IMG/VR virus record: IMGVR_UViG_3300032212_000026
Location: 1 to 46,585 of that record
DNA length: 46,585 bases
Strand: one strand, 5' to 3'
Source: a virus
Lineage: Duplodnaviria > Caudoviricetes
Positions 14,010 to 24,364 of this stretch are shown here, piece by piece. The notes under the pieces are model-generated. The model ran no database searches and was not told the DNA's origin. It saw only the letters and a program-made list of their open reading frames with translations. A program made the translations under genes and the position numbers. The stretch's first letter is position 1, and the number at the start of each line of letters is the position of its first letter.

Positions 14010-16871
14010 ATGGGGTTAATTAAAGGACCAAATGGTGGAGCTATAGTAGGCCCGAGTGGTGGAGGGTTATCCAGTAGCGGTGTAGCTGCTGCTTCTTCTC
14101 TGCCGACTACGTACACCATCGAAAACCCTGAGGTAGCCGACTCAAACGTCTACGCCAGGTTTGGGCATGTGTTTGCAGAGGGCGATGTTCCTAGCGGCTC
14201 GGTTCCTACGTTCACTGTTCAAGGTGGCTCTGAAGTAACAGATATCCAGTTTGATGAGCGTGTAACTTGGGCTGATGGCAGCTTGAAATTCTGCGTTGTT
14301 CACATGGTTGATAGTGATCTTGCAACCGGCTCGCGTACTTACGATGTAGACACCAAGGTTGGCAGCTACAACAACACCGGGACGTTCTCAACGAGTGACA
14401 TTTCAAGCAACTCCACATTGAAAGTCGCTCTGGAGAGTGTGGGTGATTGGCAACGCAAGTATGTATTCCTCAGCGATGCTTTTGACACAACAGCTAGTGA
14501 CGCAACTGTAACCGTAAACTTCACTAGCCACGGAGCGAGCGTGGGTGATTTTGTTTCGTTTACAGGTGTAAGCACCATTGGAGGGAACCTAGATGTTAAT
14601 GATACTTTGTGGGAAGTGGCTACGGTTCCGGATGTTAACACACTAACATTTGAACATACTTCAACAGCAAACAGCACAGCTTCTAGCCAAGGTGGAGGCA
14701 ATAAGATTGTTTGGGTTCATACTCCTACAACAGGAAACGATTTCGAACTGGATCTAAACACCGCTCTGGCGACAGCCACTAGGATCACTAAGGTACACTC
14801 CGGACCTGTGTGTGATGGGTGGGTGATTTGGCAGTACGCGGAAGACACAACAACGACAACTGAAGATGACCACATCACGGGTGCTTGGTACGTAGACATC
14901 TGGAACGATGGTACGGACACAGTAAACGGCAACATTGAGTTTGGTTGTCTTCTAGGACAATTCTTCTGGGATACTACAAGCAAAACACAACGTTGCTACA
15001 ACGCGGTTTTGAAGGACAATACAACAACAATTGAGTCGTACAACAACGTTAAACACTTCTATCACGCAGGATGGTTTACGTGTCAGAAGGATACTTCAAA
15101 GGCGTCCCTATACGGGAAGAGACAATGGCTCACAGTAGCCAACCAACCTACTCTTCTCATGCAGCCAAATGTAGGTTACTGGGTTCAGACACAGCTCATC
15201 CCCCCTATTGACCCAGACTATGCGCCTACCGAAAACGGGCGTGAGAAAGATTACGTTCCGATGTACTCGATGGGACACAGAGCTGGTATTGATGGGACAG
15301 GCGCATATCCGGGGCGCGGGGTTATTACTGCTTTTGATGTAGATTATTTACTTACTCCAACAGAGTCCCGAAGCCAGCGTATGAGGGTTAATGGGTTCTC
15401 TGGGTGGCATGTCCCTTATCAATATATGTCAAAGGATACCAGAGATCGAAGAAACAAGGTAGCGGATGACTACAACGACTTCCCAAATACTGATGTTGGC
15501 ACGGATGAGGCGTACACGCGAATCTCCTTAAACCTTGGGCCAATTAAACCCGCTGGAACTTATACGTTCACTACTCAAGGGCTTCCTACGTACAAGCACG
15601 CATACAATAATAACAACGAAATCAATACAGTGAGCGCTTCTGAAAGGGGGGGATACACTGATTGGACGTATAATGACAACAAAGGCAATCCCGATATAGC
15701 TGATTGGACTGTGAGTGGCGGCGCGAGTCACGGGGTAAGTTATTCCATAGGGCCTTATATGATAGAGGGTGAAAGGTATTTCTACGACGCTCAAGCTGGC
15801 CTTGCTATGAACTTAATTCATGTAACAAAGGGTTCTTCCGGAGAAGGGCAACCACAAGTACTTTGGGATGATGCAATATTTGAGCCTCGTCCAACTGATT
15901 GGTCGTTATCTGGGACATCTAGATATGCGGCTCTTGGTGGGTTTAACATGAACAACTATCGTTATGCAGGGTGGCAAGCAATTATATCCGCATACGGATG
16001 GGGGTTCTGTCCTGATAATGATGTTCACAAAGAATATTTCGATGAGTTAATTGACCAGACAGGTGACTACTACACAGACTCTATTGTAGGTCTTCCTACT
16101 GCTATGACTGATCTTGGTTGCATGTGGCAAACTCTAGGCTCTCTTACACCAGGTATTGGTGATGATCGTGGGTTCTTTGCTTACATGAACGCTTGTAACT
16201 TCCAAATTGCTGCTGTTGTTTCAGAAGACCCCGGATATTCTTCGGCTGCGGATATTCAAGCAAATTACATAGCAAACCTATGGAACATGGGTACGTTTTA
16301 TCCGGGTTTTTATAATCACAACTATAACAGAAAATATGGAGATTTGGATGATACCGATAATCCCTTCTTTGGCTCTAATGATCTCTACGTAGCACCGCAA
16401 GACGATGCCACTGTAACAGGTGGTGGTTCTGCTAACATTACCGTTGACCAAGAGCGCGGTTTGAACTGGGCTATCGGAGACAAGGTAATCTTCTCAAATT
16501 GTAACGACACATCTAGTAGCACTTCCAGCACAGCCAGAACTATCCCTCCTGAAGTGACCGAGGGAACTACTTACTACGTTGTTAATCCTACTGGCTCGAC
16601 AGCAATTCAAGTGTCTGCGACGGAGGGAGGGTCAGCAATCACCTTTGCGTCTAGCGCGACTGCTGCTCTGTACCAACAGTGCCAGAACCATCCAACTGTC
16701 GCAGCCAATACCTCATATAACTGGATGTGTTATCAGGCCGTAATTGCAGCACACCACAGAGGTCACGCTGGTTCAAACCAAACTCTCATAGATCAAGTCA
16801 ATACTTGGTGCGCCTCGTTTGCGCCAACAAATGATGACGTGACATATTCAGCAAAGGAGTTTAGCACCTAA
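14010..16871 (+). CDS. Large virion-associated putative polysaccharide lyase/depolymerase-like protein (953 aa)
   Basis: Start reassigned to the ATG at 14010. FGHVFAEGDVP...QFDERVTWADGSLKF resembles the PcRGLX/YetA-like N-terminal RIFT barrel; aromatic-rich core; phage tail beta-modules inserted. Confidence 0.6.
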   Translation: MGLIKGPNGGAIVGPSGGGLSSSGVAAASSLPTTYTIENPEVADSNVYARFGHVFAEGDVPSGSVPTFTVQGGSEVTDIQFDERVTWADGSLKFCVVHMVDSDLATGSRTYDVDTKVGSYNNTGTFSTSDISSNSTLKVALESVGDWQRKYVFLSDAFDTTASDATVTVNFTSHGASVGDFVSFTGVSTIGGNLDVNDTLWEVATVPDVNTLTFEHTSTANSTASSQGGGNKIVWVHTPTTGNDFELDLNTALATATRITKVHSGPVCDGWVIWQYAEDTTTTTEDDHITGAWYVDIWNDGTDTVNGNIEFGCLLGQFFWDTTSKTQRCYNAVLKDNTTTIESYNNVKHFYHAGWFTCQKDTSKASLYGKRQWLTVANQPTLLMQPNVGYWVQTQLIPPIDPDYAPTENGREKDYVPMYSMGHRAGIDGTGAYPGRGVITAFDVDYLLTPTESRSQRMRVNGFSGWHVPYQYMSKDTRDRRNKVADDYNDFPNTDVGTDEAYTRISLNLGPIKPAGTYTFTTQGLPTYKHAYNNNNEINTVSASERGGYTDWTYNDNKGNPDIADWTVSGGASHGVSYSIGPYMIEGERYFYDAQAGLAMNLIHVTKGSSGEGQPQVLWDDAIFEPRPTDWSLSGTSRYAALGGFNMNNYRYAGWQAIISAYGWGFCPDNDVHKEYFDELIDQTGDYYTDSIVGLPTAMTDLGCMWQTLGSLTPGIGDDRGFFAYMNACNFQIAAVVSEDPGYSSAADIQANYIANLWNMGTFYPGFYNHNYNRKYGDLDDTDNPFFGSNDLYVAPQDDATVTGGGSANITVDQERGLNWAIGDKVIFSNCNDTSSSTSSTARTIPPEVTEGTTYYVVNPTGSTAIQVSATEGGSAITFASSATAALYQQCQNHPTVAANTSYNWMCYQAVIAAHHRGHAGSNQTLIDQVNTWCASFAPTNDDVTYSAKEFST

Positions 16872-17572
16872 TGGCTATTACATATGGAACAATAACAACG
16901 GATTATGATACATCCAACCCTACTGTTGACGGGTTCAATCACGACAATGGCGGCGCTGATGCCTTGATAGTGGTTTATATTCCACTTGTTGATGGAGGTA
17001 ATGGTGTTACAGGAGTTACTTACAACAGTGTCTCATTGACAGAGATTGGAGTTTCAGACAGCAACACCAATCCTAGCCCTGAGATTTGGGCGGGCTACCT
17101 TTTGTCTCCTGCTTCCGGCACAAACTCAGTAGTTGTAACAGAGACTACAGGGCCGAGAGCTTTTGTAACTTATGCCATACCTGTTTCCGGTCTTGATGAA
17201 GCAGATTTCCCCGGTGCGATTGCGACAGATAGCGGTACTGATGTTGGCACTGAAGTATCATCGGCACTGACAACTGAAACCGATGGCTCTGACCACTTCC
17301 TTGTTGCTGGCTTCAGAGATGGGACAAACGCACCTCCGCTTTCCCCCGGCACTGGAATGACGGAACTTGCTGAACAAGCGTCGGGAACAAGTACATCAAG
17401 TGACCTGGTCGTGGGACTTTATTACAAGACAGTAGCCACAGCAGGCTCAAGTACAGCGACAGCAGACGCCTCATCTTCGGAAACCAACAAAGGACTTTCG
17501 TTTGAGATCAAGGTTGGCGCTGGCGGCGGTGGCTCTTCTGCTTCTCCCGCAGCTAGTATGTTAGGTTTATAA
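16871..17572 (+). CDS. Beta-rich virion accessory protein
   Basis: 233 aa, S/T/G-rich (VTGVTYNSVSLT...YLLSPASGTNSVVVT); coupled by TAATG. Confidence 0.7.
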   Translation: MAITYGTITTDYDTSNPTVDGFNHDNGGADALIVVYIPLVDGGNGVTGVTYNSVSLTEIGVSDSNTNPSPEIWAGYLLSPASGTNSVVVTETTGPRAFVTYAIPVSGLDEADFPGAIATDSGTDVGTEVSSALTTETDGSDHFLVAGFRDGTNAPPLSPGTGMTELAEQASGTSTSSDLVVGLYYKTVATAGSSTATADASSSETNKGLSFEIKVGAGGGGSSASPAASMLGL

Positions 17573-17576
17573 AGTT

Positions 17577-19115
17577 TTGACAGATACTAGAGAAGAAGTA
17601 AGAAGAGCAGCCGAGGATGATCTTATCACGTTCATCAAACTTGTTGCACCACACAGAGTACTAGGAAACGTACATGAAGAACTTTGCAGATGGTGGACAA
17701 GAGAAGACGCTAAGTCACACCAACTATGTCTACTCCCTCGCGACCACGGTAAGTCAGCTATGGTGGCGTACAGAGTGGCTTGGTGGATTACGAAGCATCC
17801 TGATTGCCGTGTGTTGTATATATCTAGTACATCCAACCTAGCAGAGAAACAACTAAAGTTTATTAAAGACATCCTTACCAGCGACATCTATACTTTGTTC
17901 TGGCCTGAGATGTTGTACAGAGATGAGGGCAAACGTGCTAAATGGACTAACACAGAAATTGAAGTCGATCACCCACTACGTAAAGAAGAAGGGGTTAGAG
18001 ACCCCACTATATTCACGGCTGGGCTTACAACTAATGTTACTGGTCTCCATTGTGACATCGCTGTGTTGGATGATGTAGTAGTTGGTAACACAGCTTACAC
18101 TAAAGAAGGCCGTAAACAAGTAGAGACACAGTACTCGTACCTAGCTTCTATTGAAGGGGGCGACGCTCAAGAGTGGGTAGTAGGTACTAGATATCACCCA
18201 CAAGACCTGTACCAACAGATGCTCGATATGAAGGTAGAGCTATTTGACAGAGACGGGGAGTTACTCTCTGATGATCCTGTGTACGAAGTTTATCAGAAGG
18301 TTGTAGAGATCGACGGTGAGTTCCTTTGGCCTAGACAACAGCGCGGTAACGAGAACAAATGGTTTGGGTTTAACTCTCAGATACTAGGACGTAAGAGATC
18401 GCAGTACCTCGACAAAACACAGTTCTATGCTCAGTACTACAATGATCCTAACGACCCAGAAGGTAACGGGATCAACCAAGATCAAATCAACTACTACCAA
18501 AAGAACTTCCTTAGACGAGACAACGGTTACTGGTACATCAAGAATAGAAGGCTTAATGTATTTGCATCTATCGACTTTGCTTTCTCACTTAGAACGACTG
18601 CCGACTACACTGCCATCGTGGTTGTAGGAGTAGATAGTGAACATAATTACTACGTCCTAGATATCGATAGGTTTAAAACAGACAAGATCAGCGAGTACTT
18701 CAAACACATCCTAGCTCTACATCAGAAGTGGGACTTCAGGAAACTAAGAGCAGAAGTAACAGTAGCACAACAAGCTATTGTATCGAATCTTAAGAACGAG
18801 TACATCAAGAAGTACGGCCTAGCTCTGAGTATTGATGAGTTCAGGCCTAACAGACACCAAGGAACTAAGATCGAACGTATCCGAGCTACACTAGAACCAA
18901 GGTACGAGAACGGACAGATGTTCCATTACAAAGGTGGTAACTGTGAGTTGCTAGAAGATGAACTGAGTAAAGAGCATAGCAACCACGACGATATTAAAGA
19001 CGCCCTAGCTTCAGCTATAGATATGGCAGTAGCGCCTAGTACGAGAGCAAACACAAGAATGTTTAACCAAGCTAGTAACGTAGTGTCACACCCTAGATTC
19101 GGCGGAGTAACTTAA
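17577..19115 (+). CDS. terL: Terminase large subunit
   Basis: Walker A LPRDHGKS, Walker B VLDDVV, coupling motif VGTRY, RNase H-like nuclease IDFAFS...DYTA...HDDIKDAL. Confidence 0.95.
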   Translation: MTDTREEVRRAAEDDLITFIKLVAPHRVLGNVHEELCRWWTREDAKSHQLCLLPRDHGKSAMVAYRVAWWITKHPDCRVLYISSTSNLAEKQLKFIKDILTSDIYTLFWPEMLYRDEGKRAKWTNTEIEVDHPLRKEEGVRDPTIFTAGLTTNVTGLHCDIAVLDDVVVGNTAYTKEGRKQVETQYSYLASIEGGDAQEWVVGTRYHPQDLYQQMLDMKVELFDRDGELLSDDPVYEVYQKVVEIDGEFLWPRQQRGNENKWFGFNSQILGRKRSQYLDKTQFYAQYYNDPNDPEGNGINQDQINYYQKNFLRRDNGYWYIKNRRLNVFASIDFAFSLRTTADYTAIVVVGVDSEHNYYVLDIDRFKTDKISEYFKHILALHQKWDFRKLRAEVTVAQQAIVSNLKNEYIKKYGLALSIDEFRPNRHQGTKIERIRATLEPRYENGQMFHYKGGNCELLEDELSKEHSNHDDIKDALASAIDMAVAPSTRANTRMFNQASNVVSHPRFGGVT

Positions 19116-19117
19116 CA

Positions 19118-20908
19118 GTGCCTGATAAAGTACTAGACTTAGAAAACATTGTAAGCAAGGACTCCCTAGCTAACAGCATCTCCGTGAAGTACCTTGAGTG
19201 GAACCACTTCAGAGTACAGTGGATGCAAGAGAAGCAAGAGATACGTAATTACATCTTTGCTACAGATACATCAACTACGACTAACAGCGACCTACCTTGG
19301 AAGAATAAGACTACAGTCCCTAAGCTATGTCAGATACGTGACAACCTTCACGCTAATTACATGGCTGCGTTGTTCCCTAACAGTAACTGGTTGAATTGGG
19401 AAGGTGCTAATGACGAAGCAGAGACGAAAGAAAAGCGACACACAATCGAACAGTACATGCTTTCGAAGACTCGTCAATCGAACTTCAGAGATACTATCTC
19501 GCGCTTGGTATTTGATTACATTGACTATGGTAATTGTTTTGCTGTGGTTGACTACATAGAAGAAGTAATCAAAGACCCTAACACAGACGAAGAGACTGCT
19601 GGTTACGTAGGTCCTAAGCTACGAAGGCTTTCACCGTTCGATGTAGTGTTTGATCCTACAGCAGTAGAGTTTGAGAACACACCAAAGATTGTACGCTCTG
19701 TAGTAAGTGTTGGTGACCTACACAAGATTGTATCTAACCAACCAGACAAAGGATACCTCAACGAAGCTATCACTGAGTTCATTGGAGAACGTCAACAGAT
19801 TGTTACAGCCCTAGCTGCCGGAGATAACCTTAAGGATGAAGCGTTCAGAGCTGATGGTTTCAGCAACATGCGCCAGTACTACACTGGTAACTACGTCGAA
19901 GTTCTAGATTTCTACGGCGACATCTACGACATTGAGACAGGTAAGTTCTACGAGAACTATCACATCACAGTTGTTGATCAGTACAAAGTTATCAAGATGG
20001 AAGAGAACCCTTCTTGGATTGGTAAGCACCCTATCGTACACACAGGCTGGAGACACAGACCAGATAACTTGTACAGTATGGGTCCACTAGATAACCTAGT
20101 AGGTATGCAATACAGGATCGATCACCTTGAGAATCTTAAGGCAGATGTGTTTGACCTAGTAGCTTATCCACTCCTTAAGATCAGAGGTGATGTACAAGAC
20201 TTTGTTTGGGCTCCCGGTGAGCGTGCGTACCTAGGCGATGAAGGAGATGTAGAACTAGTAAGCCCAGATGTTCAAGCACTCAACGCTAACTTCGAGATTC
20301 AAGTCTTAGAACAAAGGATGGAAGAACTAGCTGGTGCCCCTAAGAACGCTATGGGTATTAGAACACCGGGTGAAAAGACAGCGTTTGAAGTACAGACATT
20401 GGACAACGCATCGAGTCGTATCTTCCAGAACAAGACAAGCCACTTCGAAGAACAGTTTGAAGAGAAGGTTCTCAACATCATGTTCGAAGTAGGTAGACGT
20501 AACCTCGACGGTAGCGACATCGTTAGAGTTTATGACGACGAAGCTAAGGTAGTAGAGTTCCTTAACATTACAAAGGAAGACCTCTCAGCAGATGGTAGGT
20601 TCAGACCTGTAGGAGCTAGACACTTCGCTGAACAAGCTCAGATGGTGCAGAACATTAACAATTTCTACAACTCTGCTATCGCTGCCGACCCTGCCGTTAA
20701 GGTACACTGGTCAGGTAAGAAGATGTCTAAGGTGATGGAAGAACTTCTTAATCTTGAAAGCTATGGCGTAGTAGAAGATAACGTACGAGTCTTTGAAGAA
20801 CAAGAAACACAACGACTAGCTCAGTCAGCCAACGAACAACTAGGTGTAGAGCAACTAACACCAGCAGGCATTACAGAAGACGACGTTGATGAACAAGAAA
20901 TCCTTTAA
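19118..20908 (+). CDS. Portal protein
   Basis: 596 aa directly after TerL; PKLCQIRDNLHANY and GIRTPGEKTAFEV motifs of podovirus portals. Confidence 0.9.
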   Translation: MPDKVLDLENIVSKDSLANSISVKYLEWNHFRVQWMQEKQEIRNYIFATDTSTTTNSDLPWKNKTTVPKLCQIRDNLHANYMAALFPNSNWLNWEGANDEAETKEKRHTIEQYMLSKTRQSNFRDTISRLVFDYIDYGNCFAVVDYIEEVIKDPNTDEETAGYVGPKLRRLSPFDVVFDPTAVEFENTPKIVRSVVSVGDLHKIVSNQPDKGYLNEAITEFIGERQQIVTALAAGDNLKDEAFRADGFSNMRQYYTGNYVEVLDFYGDIYDIETGKFYENYHITVVDQYKVIKMEENPSWIGKHPIVHTGWRHRPDNLYSMGPLDNLVGMQYRIDHLENLKADVFDLVAYPLLKIRGDVQDFVWAPGERAYLGDEGDVELVSPDVQALNANFEIQVLEQRMEELAGAPKNAMGIRTPGEKTAFEVQTLDNASSRIFQNKTSHFEEQFEEKVLNIMFEVGRRNLDGSDIVRVYDDEAKVVEFLNITKEDLSADGRFRPVGARHFAEQAQMVQNINNFYNSAIAADPAVKVHWSGKKMSKVMEELLNLESYGVVEDNVRVFEEQETQRLAQSANEQLGVEQLTPAGITEDDVDEQEIL

Positions 20909-21158
20909 CGTATTCTGGACTCAACATCTCTTACAAGGAGAGAAGAAAGAAGAGTTCATTAAACACATGCGAGCAGCACGCCCAATATTAGAGCGGGTAA
21001 GCTTGTACATAGATAGAAAGATAGGTGATGAAGTTCTACCTGAAGCAGACTACGACTCCGCGTCTTGGGCTTATAAGCAAGCCGATCACAATGGATACGT
21101 AAGAGCTATGAAAGAAGTTCAAGAATTTGTAAATCTTAATAACCAGAAAGATGAGTAA
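20886..21158 (+). CDS. Conserved hypothetical protein between portal and scaffold
   Basis: DYDSASWAYKQADHNGY motif; position. Confidence 0.75.
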   Translation: MMNKKSFNVFWTQHLLQGEKKEEFIKHMRAARPILERVSLYIDRKIGDEVLPEADYDSASWAYKQADHNGYVRAMKEVQEFVNLNNQKDE

Positions 21159-21163
21159 CACAT

Positions 21164-21913
21164 ATGTCGGATAACCAAACCGCACCCGGATTCCTCGACC
21201 AAAAGGAACCACAAGCCCAAGCTACTACTGAACCAACTGTTACCGCAGATGACTTGGTAGGCGAAGGTAAGAAGTTTGATAGTGTAGATGATCTTGCAAA
21301 AGGTAAAGCTTATGCAGATATGTACATTGAAGACCTCAAACAACAGCTGGTAGAAGCGAAAGCCCAAGCAGCACAGGGTTCAAGCATTGAAGACCTCAAA
21401 GCTGAACTAACCAACCTGACACAGAACCAATCGACACAACAAGTGGAGCCAAACCCGGCTTCCGAGGATAGTCAACAAGGGCTAAATCAGGATGACCTAA
21501 ACAGACTAGTCGATGAACGGCTATCTGAAAGACAACAACTTGATACCGTAAGAACTAATCAGGCGACCGTTTATAATAAGATGGCTGAACAGTACGGAGC
21601 AGATAAGGTAGATGAGGTAGCTTCAGCTATGTCACAACGCCTTGGTGTTTCATCTGAGTGGCTTGAAGATGTAGCCGGTCGATCACCTGACGCATTCTTT
21701 CAACTGATGGGTGAAGCACCTAAAGAATCTCCCTCTAGTCCTATGAACGGCACGGTTAACACCACTGTTCCTCCGACTTCCCAAGTAAAAGCTGGGACCT
21801 TTGCTTTCTACGAGCAAAAGAGAAAAGAGATGGGTAACGATGCCTTCTATGGTGACGTTAGGCTTAACCAACAAATGATGAAAGATGCTGAGGCTCCTGA
21901 TTTCTACGGTTAA
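21164..21913 (+). CDS. Capsid scaffolding protein
   Basis: Acidic and helical, LVGEGKKF..VDDLAKGK motif; directly before the major capsid gene. Confidence 0.8.
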   Translation: MSDNQTAPGFLDQKEPQAQATTEPTVTADDLVGEGKKFDSVDDLAKGKAYADMYIEDLKQQLVEAKAQAAQGSSIEDLKAELTNLTQNQSTQQVEPNPASEDSQQGLNQDDLNRLVDERLSERQQLDTVRTNQATVYNKMAEQYGADKVDEVASAMSQRLGVSSEWLEDVAGRSPDAFFQLMGEAPKESPSSPMNGTVNTTVPPTSQVKAGTFAFYEQKRKEMGNDAFYGDVRLNQQMMKDAEAPDFYG

Positions 21914-21943
21914 ACATACTGAAAGAAAAGGATAGTGTAAAAA

Positions 21944-22897
21944 ATGCACACTACTCAAAATAACCAGTATCTCATCAGGTCTAATCTGTGGTCTAACCAA
22001 CTCAAGGAAATTCTTGAGGACGAATTGTTTGCCCAACGCTGGGTGAAACAGATCACAGACTTCCCTGATGGTGATACGCTTAACATCCCGTCGATTGGTC
22101 AGTTTGAGGCTGACGACTATGTGGAGAATGAGCCTGTCAAGTATTCAAAGCTTGATGAAGGTAACTTCACGTTCACCATTGACCAATACAAGTCAGCAGC
22201 TACTTACATCACGGAGAAACACCGTCAAGATTCGATGTACGCAGCTCGTCTTGAGTCTGAGTTTGTTCCTAAGCAAGCTCGTGCTATTGGTAAAGCGATG
22301 GAAGTGAACGCTCTTACAGTGGGGCCTGACGGTCAGACTTCAGCCGATCCTAACACGATCAATGGTGCATCACACCGCTTGGCTGCTTCTGGTACTTCAG
22401 ACGCTATTGCTATCGCAGACTTCAACAAAGCTAATTACGCTCTTAACATGGCTAACGTGCCTGTACAAGGTCGTATCGCTATCGTTGATCCTTCTGTGGA
22501 GTACACACTTTCACAACTTACCACAGTGACTAACGCCACTAACAACATGAAGTGGTCTAACGTTGTTACTGATGGTCTGATGAACGGACTCACAGCTCTT
22601 AACCTGAACATCTTTGGTTTCGACGTGTACGTTTCACAGAACCTTAAGAAGAACACAGCTCCTGAAACTATTAGCGGTAACGCTGTAGCTGACGGGGTTA
22701 ACAACTTGTTCTTCTCCACCGCTGGTGATGCAATGCCTATTATTGGTGCTGTTCGCCAAGCTCCCAAGGTTGATGGATTCTATAACCACAATCGCCAACG
22801 GGAAGAGTACGTGACTACCGCTCGGTACGCTCACAAGCTTTATCGTCCTGAAGGTCTTGTAGTTTGTGTCTCTGACTCAACCGTAGTTCCAGCTTAA
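21944..22897 (+). CDS. Major capsid protein
   Basis: 317 aa; FPDGDTLNIPSIG, GRIAIVDPSVEY, IFGFDVYVS, YRPEGLVV; position after the scaffold. Confidence 0.9.
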   Translation: MHTTQNNQYLIRSNLWSNQLKEILEDELFAQRWVKQITDFPDGDTLNIPSIGQFEADDYVENEPVKYSKLDEGNFTFTIDQYKSAATYITEKHRQDSMYAARLESEFVPKQARAIGKAMEVNALTVGPDGQTSADPNTINGASHRLAASGTSDAIAIADFNKANYALNMANVPVQGRIAIVDPSVEYTLSQLTTVTNATNNMKWSNVVTDGLMNGLTALNLNIFGFDVYVSQNLKKNTAPETISGNAVADGVNNLFFSTAGDAMPIIGAVRQAPKVDGFYNHNRQREEYVTTARYAHKLYRPEGLVVCVSDSTVVPA

Positions 22898-22913
22898 AGA
22901 AAGGGGAATCAAT

Positions 22914-23408
22914 ATGTCACAAGATTGGATGAATGAAGATGACCTTTATATTAAGTACGGTACGGCAGAAGCTGGCCCTAACAAGGGTGGTGCTCTAGAT
23001 ACAGGAGGCTCTGAACTTGCAGAGATTATCTGGGAATTTAATTTCTCTGATCTCGCTGCAACTGGTACAGAGAAAATTATGAGTGACGTCGCAGTCATTC
23101 CTGATAACTTCTTTATCAAGAGCGCACAGCTACATGTATCCACAGCGTTTGTGGGTGCTACAGCTACGCTTTCTATCGGGTTGCTTCAAGCTGATGACCG
23201 TAGTACCGCTATTGGTACTTCTGAAATTGGTATTGACGATACAATCGCAGTGACAGCTATCGACGCTGTTGGTGATACCGTTGATTGTGACGGTGCTATT
23301 GTTGGTACAAAGCTAACAGAAGCAGCCTTGCTAACTATGACTGAAGGTACCGCTGCATTTACAGCAGGTGTTGGACGTTTGGTTATCAAAGGTTACCAAA
23401 TCTCTTAA
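22914..23408 (+). CDS. Capsid decoration/minor structural protein
   Basis: 164 aa, beta-rich (VSTAFVG..ATLSIG...AFTAGVGRLVI); follows the capsid gene. Confidence 0.7.
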   Translation: MSQDWMNEDDLYIKYGTAEAGPNKGGALDTGGSELAEIIWEFNFSDLAATGTEKIMSDVAVIPDNFFIKSAQLHVSTAFVGATATLSIGLLQADDRSTAIGTSEIGIDDTIAVTAIDAVGDTVDCDGAIVGTKLTEAALLTMTEGTAAFTAGVGRLVIKGYQIS

Positions 23409-23419
23409 TGAGTAAATCG

Positions 23420-23451
23420 GATTGGGGGAGGATTAAACCCCTCCTCCAGTT
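23420..23451 (+). terminator. Stem-loop after the capsid genes (terminator or processing site)
   Basis: TGGGGGAGG/CCTCCTCCA stem; lacks a clear U-tract. Confidence 0.5.
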
Positions 23452-23475
23452 CACCTAACGATAGGATAAGATAGA

Positions 23476-24129
23476 ATGCCAGTATCACACTCAGCACTCA
23501 CAGGTGCTAACTTACATGAACCAAAGGGGGCTGACGCTGCTGCCGTAGATACCGTACCTGTCTCTGATGGAGCGGGTGGTACATCTTGGCGTAAAGTAGC
23601 TTCAGACGAAGTAACGTCAGCAGACGCTGGTGGGTACTACACAGGTACAGATGTAGAAGCTCAACTCCAAGAACTAGGTCCTACAGCCGCAGCACTCGAC
23701 GCTAAGTTTGGAGAGATGTACATCGCAGGTAACAGCACCGCTACTACAGTTACTGTTGCAGCCACGTACTATCAAGTAACAGCAGGTTGGACGCAAGGCA
23801 CGTTAGATGATGTTACCTTTAGTACTGACCACCTAGTTGTTCCAGCAGACGGTAATTACTACATTATGTGTAGCTTCTCATTTGAAGGTGCTACTGGTGA
23901 TACATTTAAGTTTGACTTCCACAAAGATGTGGGGGCTGGTTACGTACCCATTGGTAAAGGCGATATACGGAGGAAGACCCCTAATACTGATGTAGGTGCG
24001 TGCGCTCACCACACTATTGTAGCGTTAACTGCGGGAGATAAGATCGCTATCTTCGGACAAAACGAGGGGGCTACATCTAACTTTACTATTACAGACGCTA
24101 CGTTCTCAATCTTTAGAGCGAGCGCTTAA
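23476..24129 (+). CDS. Short fibre/structural protein with a C1q/TNF-like C-terminal domain
   Basis: N-terminal HSALTGANLHEPKG motif; C-terminal VPADGNYYI...VALTAGDKIAIF pattern. Confidence 0.7.
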   Translation: MPVSHSALTGANLHEPKGADAAAVDTVPVSDGAGGTSWRKVASDEVTSADAGGYYTGTDVEAQLQELGPTAAALDAKFGEMYIAGNSTATTVTVAATYYQVTAGWTQGTLDDVTFSTDHLVVPADGNYYIMCSFSFEGATGDTFKFDFHKDVGAGYVPIGKGDIRRKTPNTDVGACAHHTIVALTAGDKIAIFGQNEGATSNFTITDATFSIFRASA

Positions 24130-24130
24130 C

Positions 24131-24364
24131 ATGTCAGATGAAATCTACTCCAAGCTAAATGAAATACATACTGATGTCAAGGTGATCATTAACGAACAAG
24201 GTCACATGCAAGATGACATCAAAGAGATTAAACAAGTAAACGATACTCAACAGAACCAGATCAACGGCCTCAACAGGTTTCAATCGTACGTTAAAGGTGC
24301 GTGGGCTGTCTTAGGTGGAGCTGTAGCTTGGTTGTTTACTAAGATAGGAGGAGGCTTAGGTTGA
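24131..24364 (+). CDS. Small coiled-coil protein with a C-terminal TM helix (holin/XhlA-like)
   Basis: Coiled coil followed by GAWAVLGGAVAWLF. Confidence 0.6.
   Translation: MSDEIYSKLNEIHTDVKVIINEQGHMQDDIKEIKQVNDTQQNQINGLNRFQSYVKGAWAVLGGAVAWLFTKIGGGLG

Noticed and set aside
22880-22914. Programmed frameshift extending the major capsid protein
   Set aside because: No slippery sequence is seen before the stop, and the next gene has its own SD.
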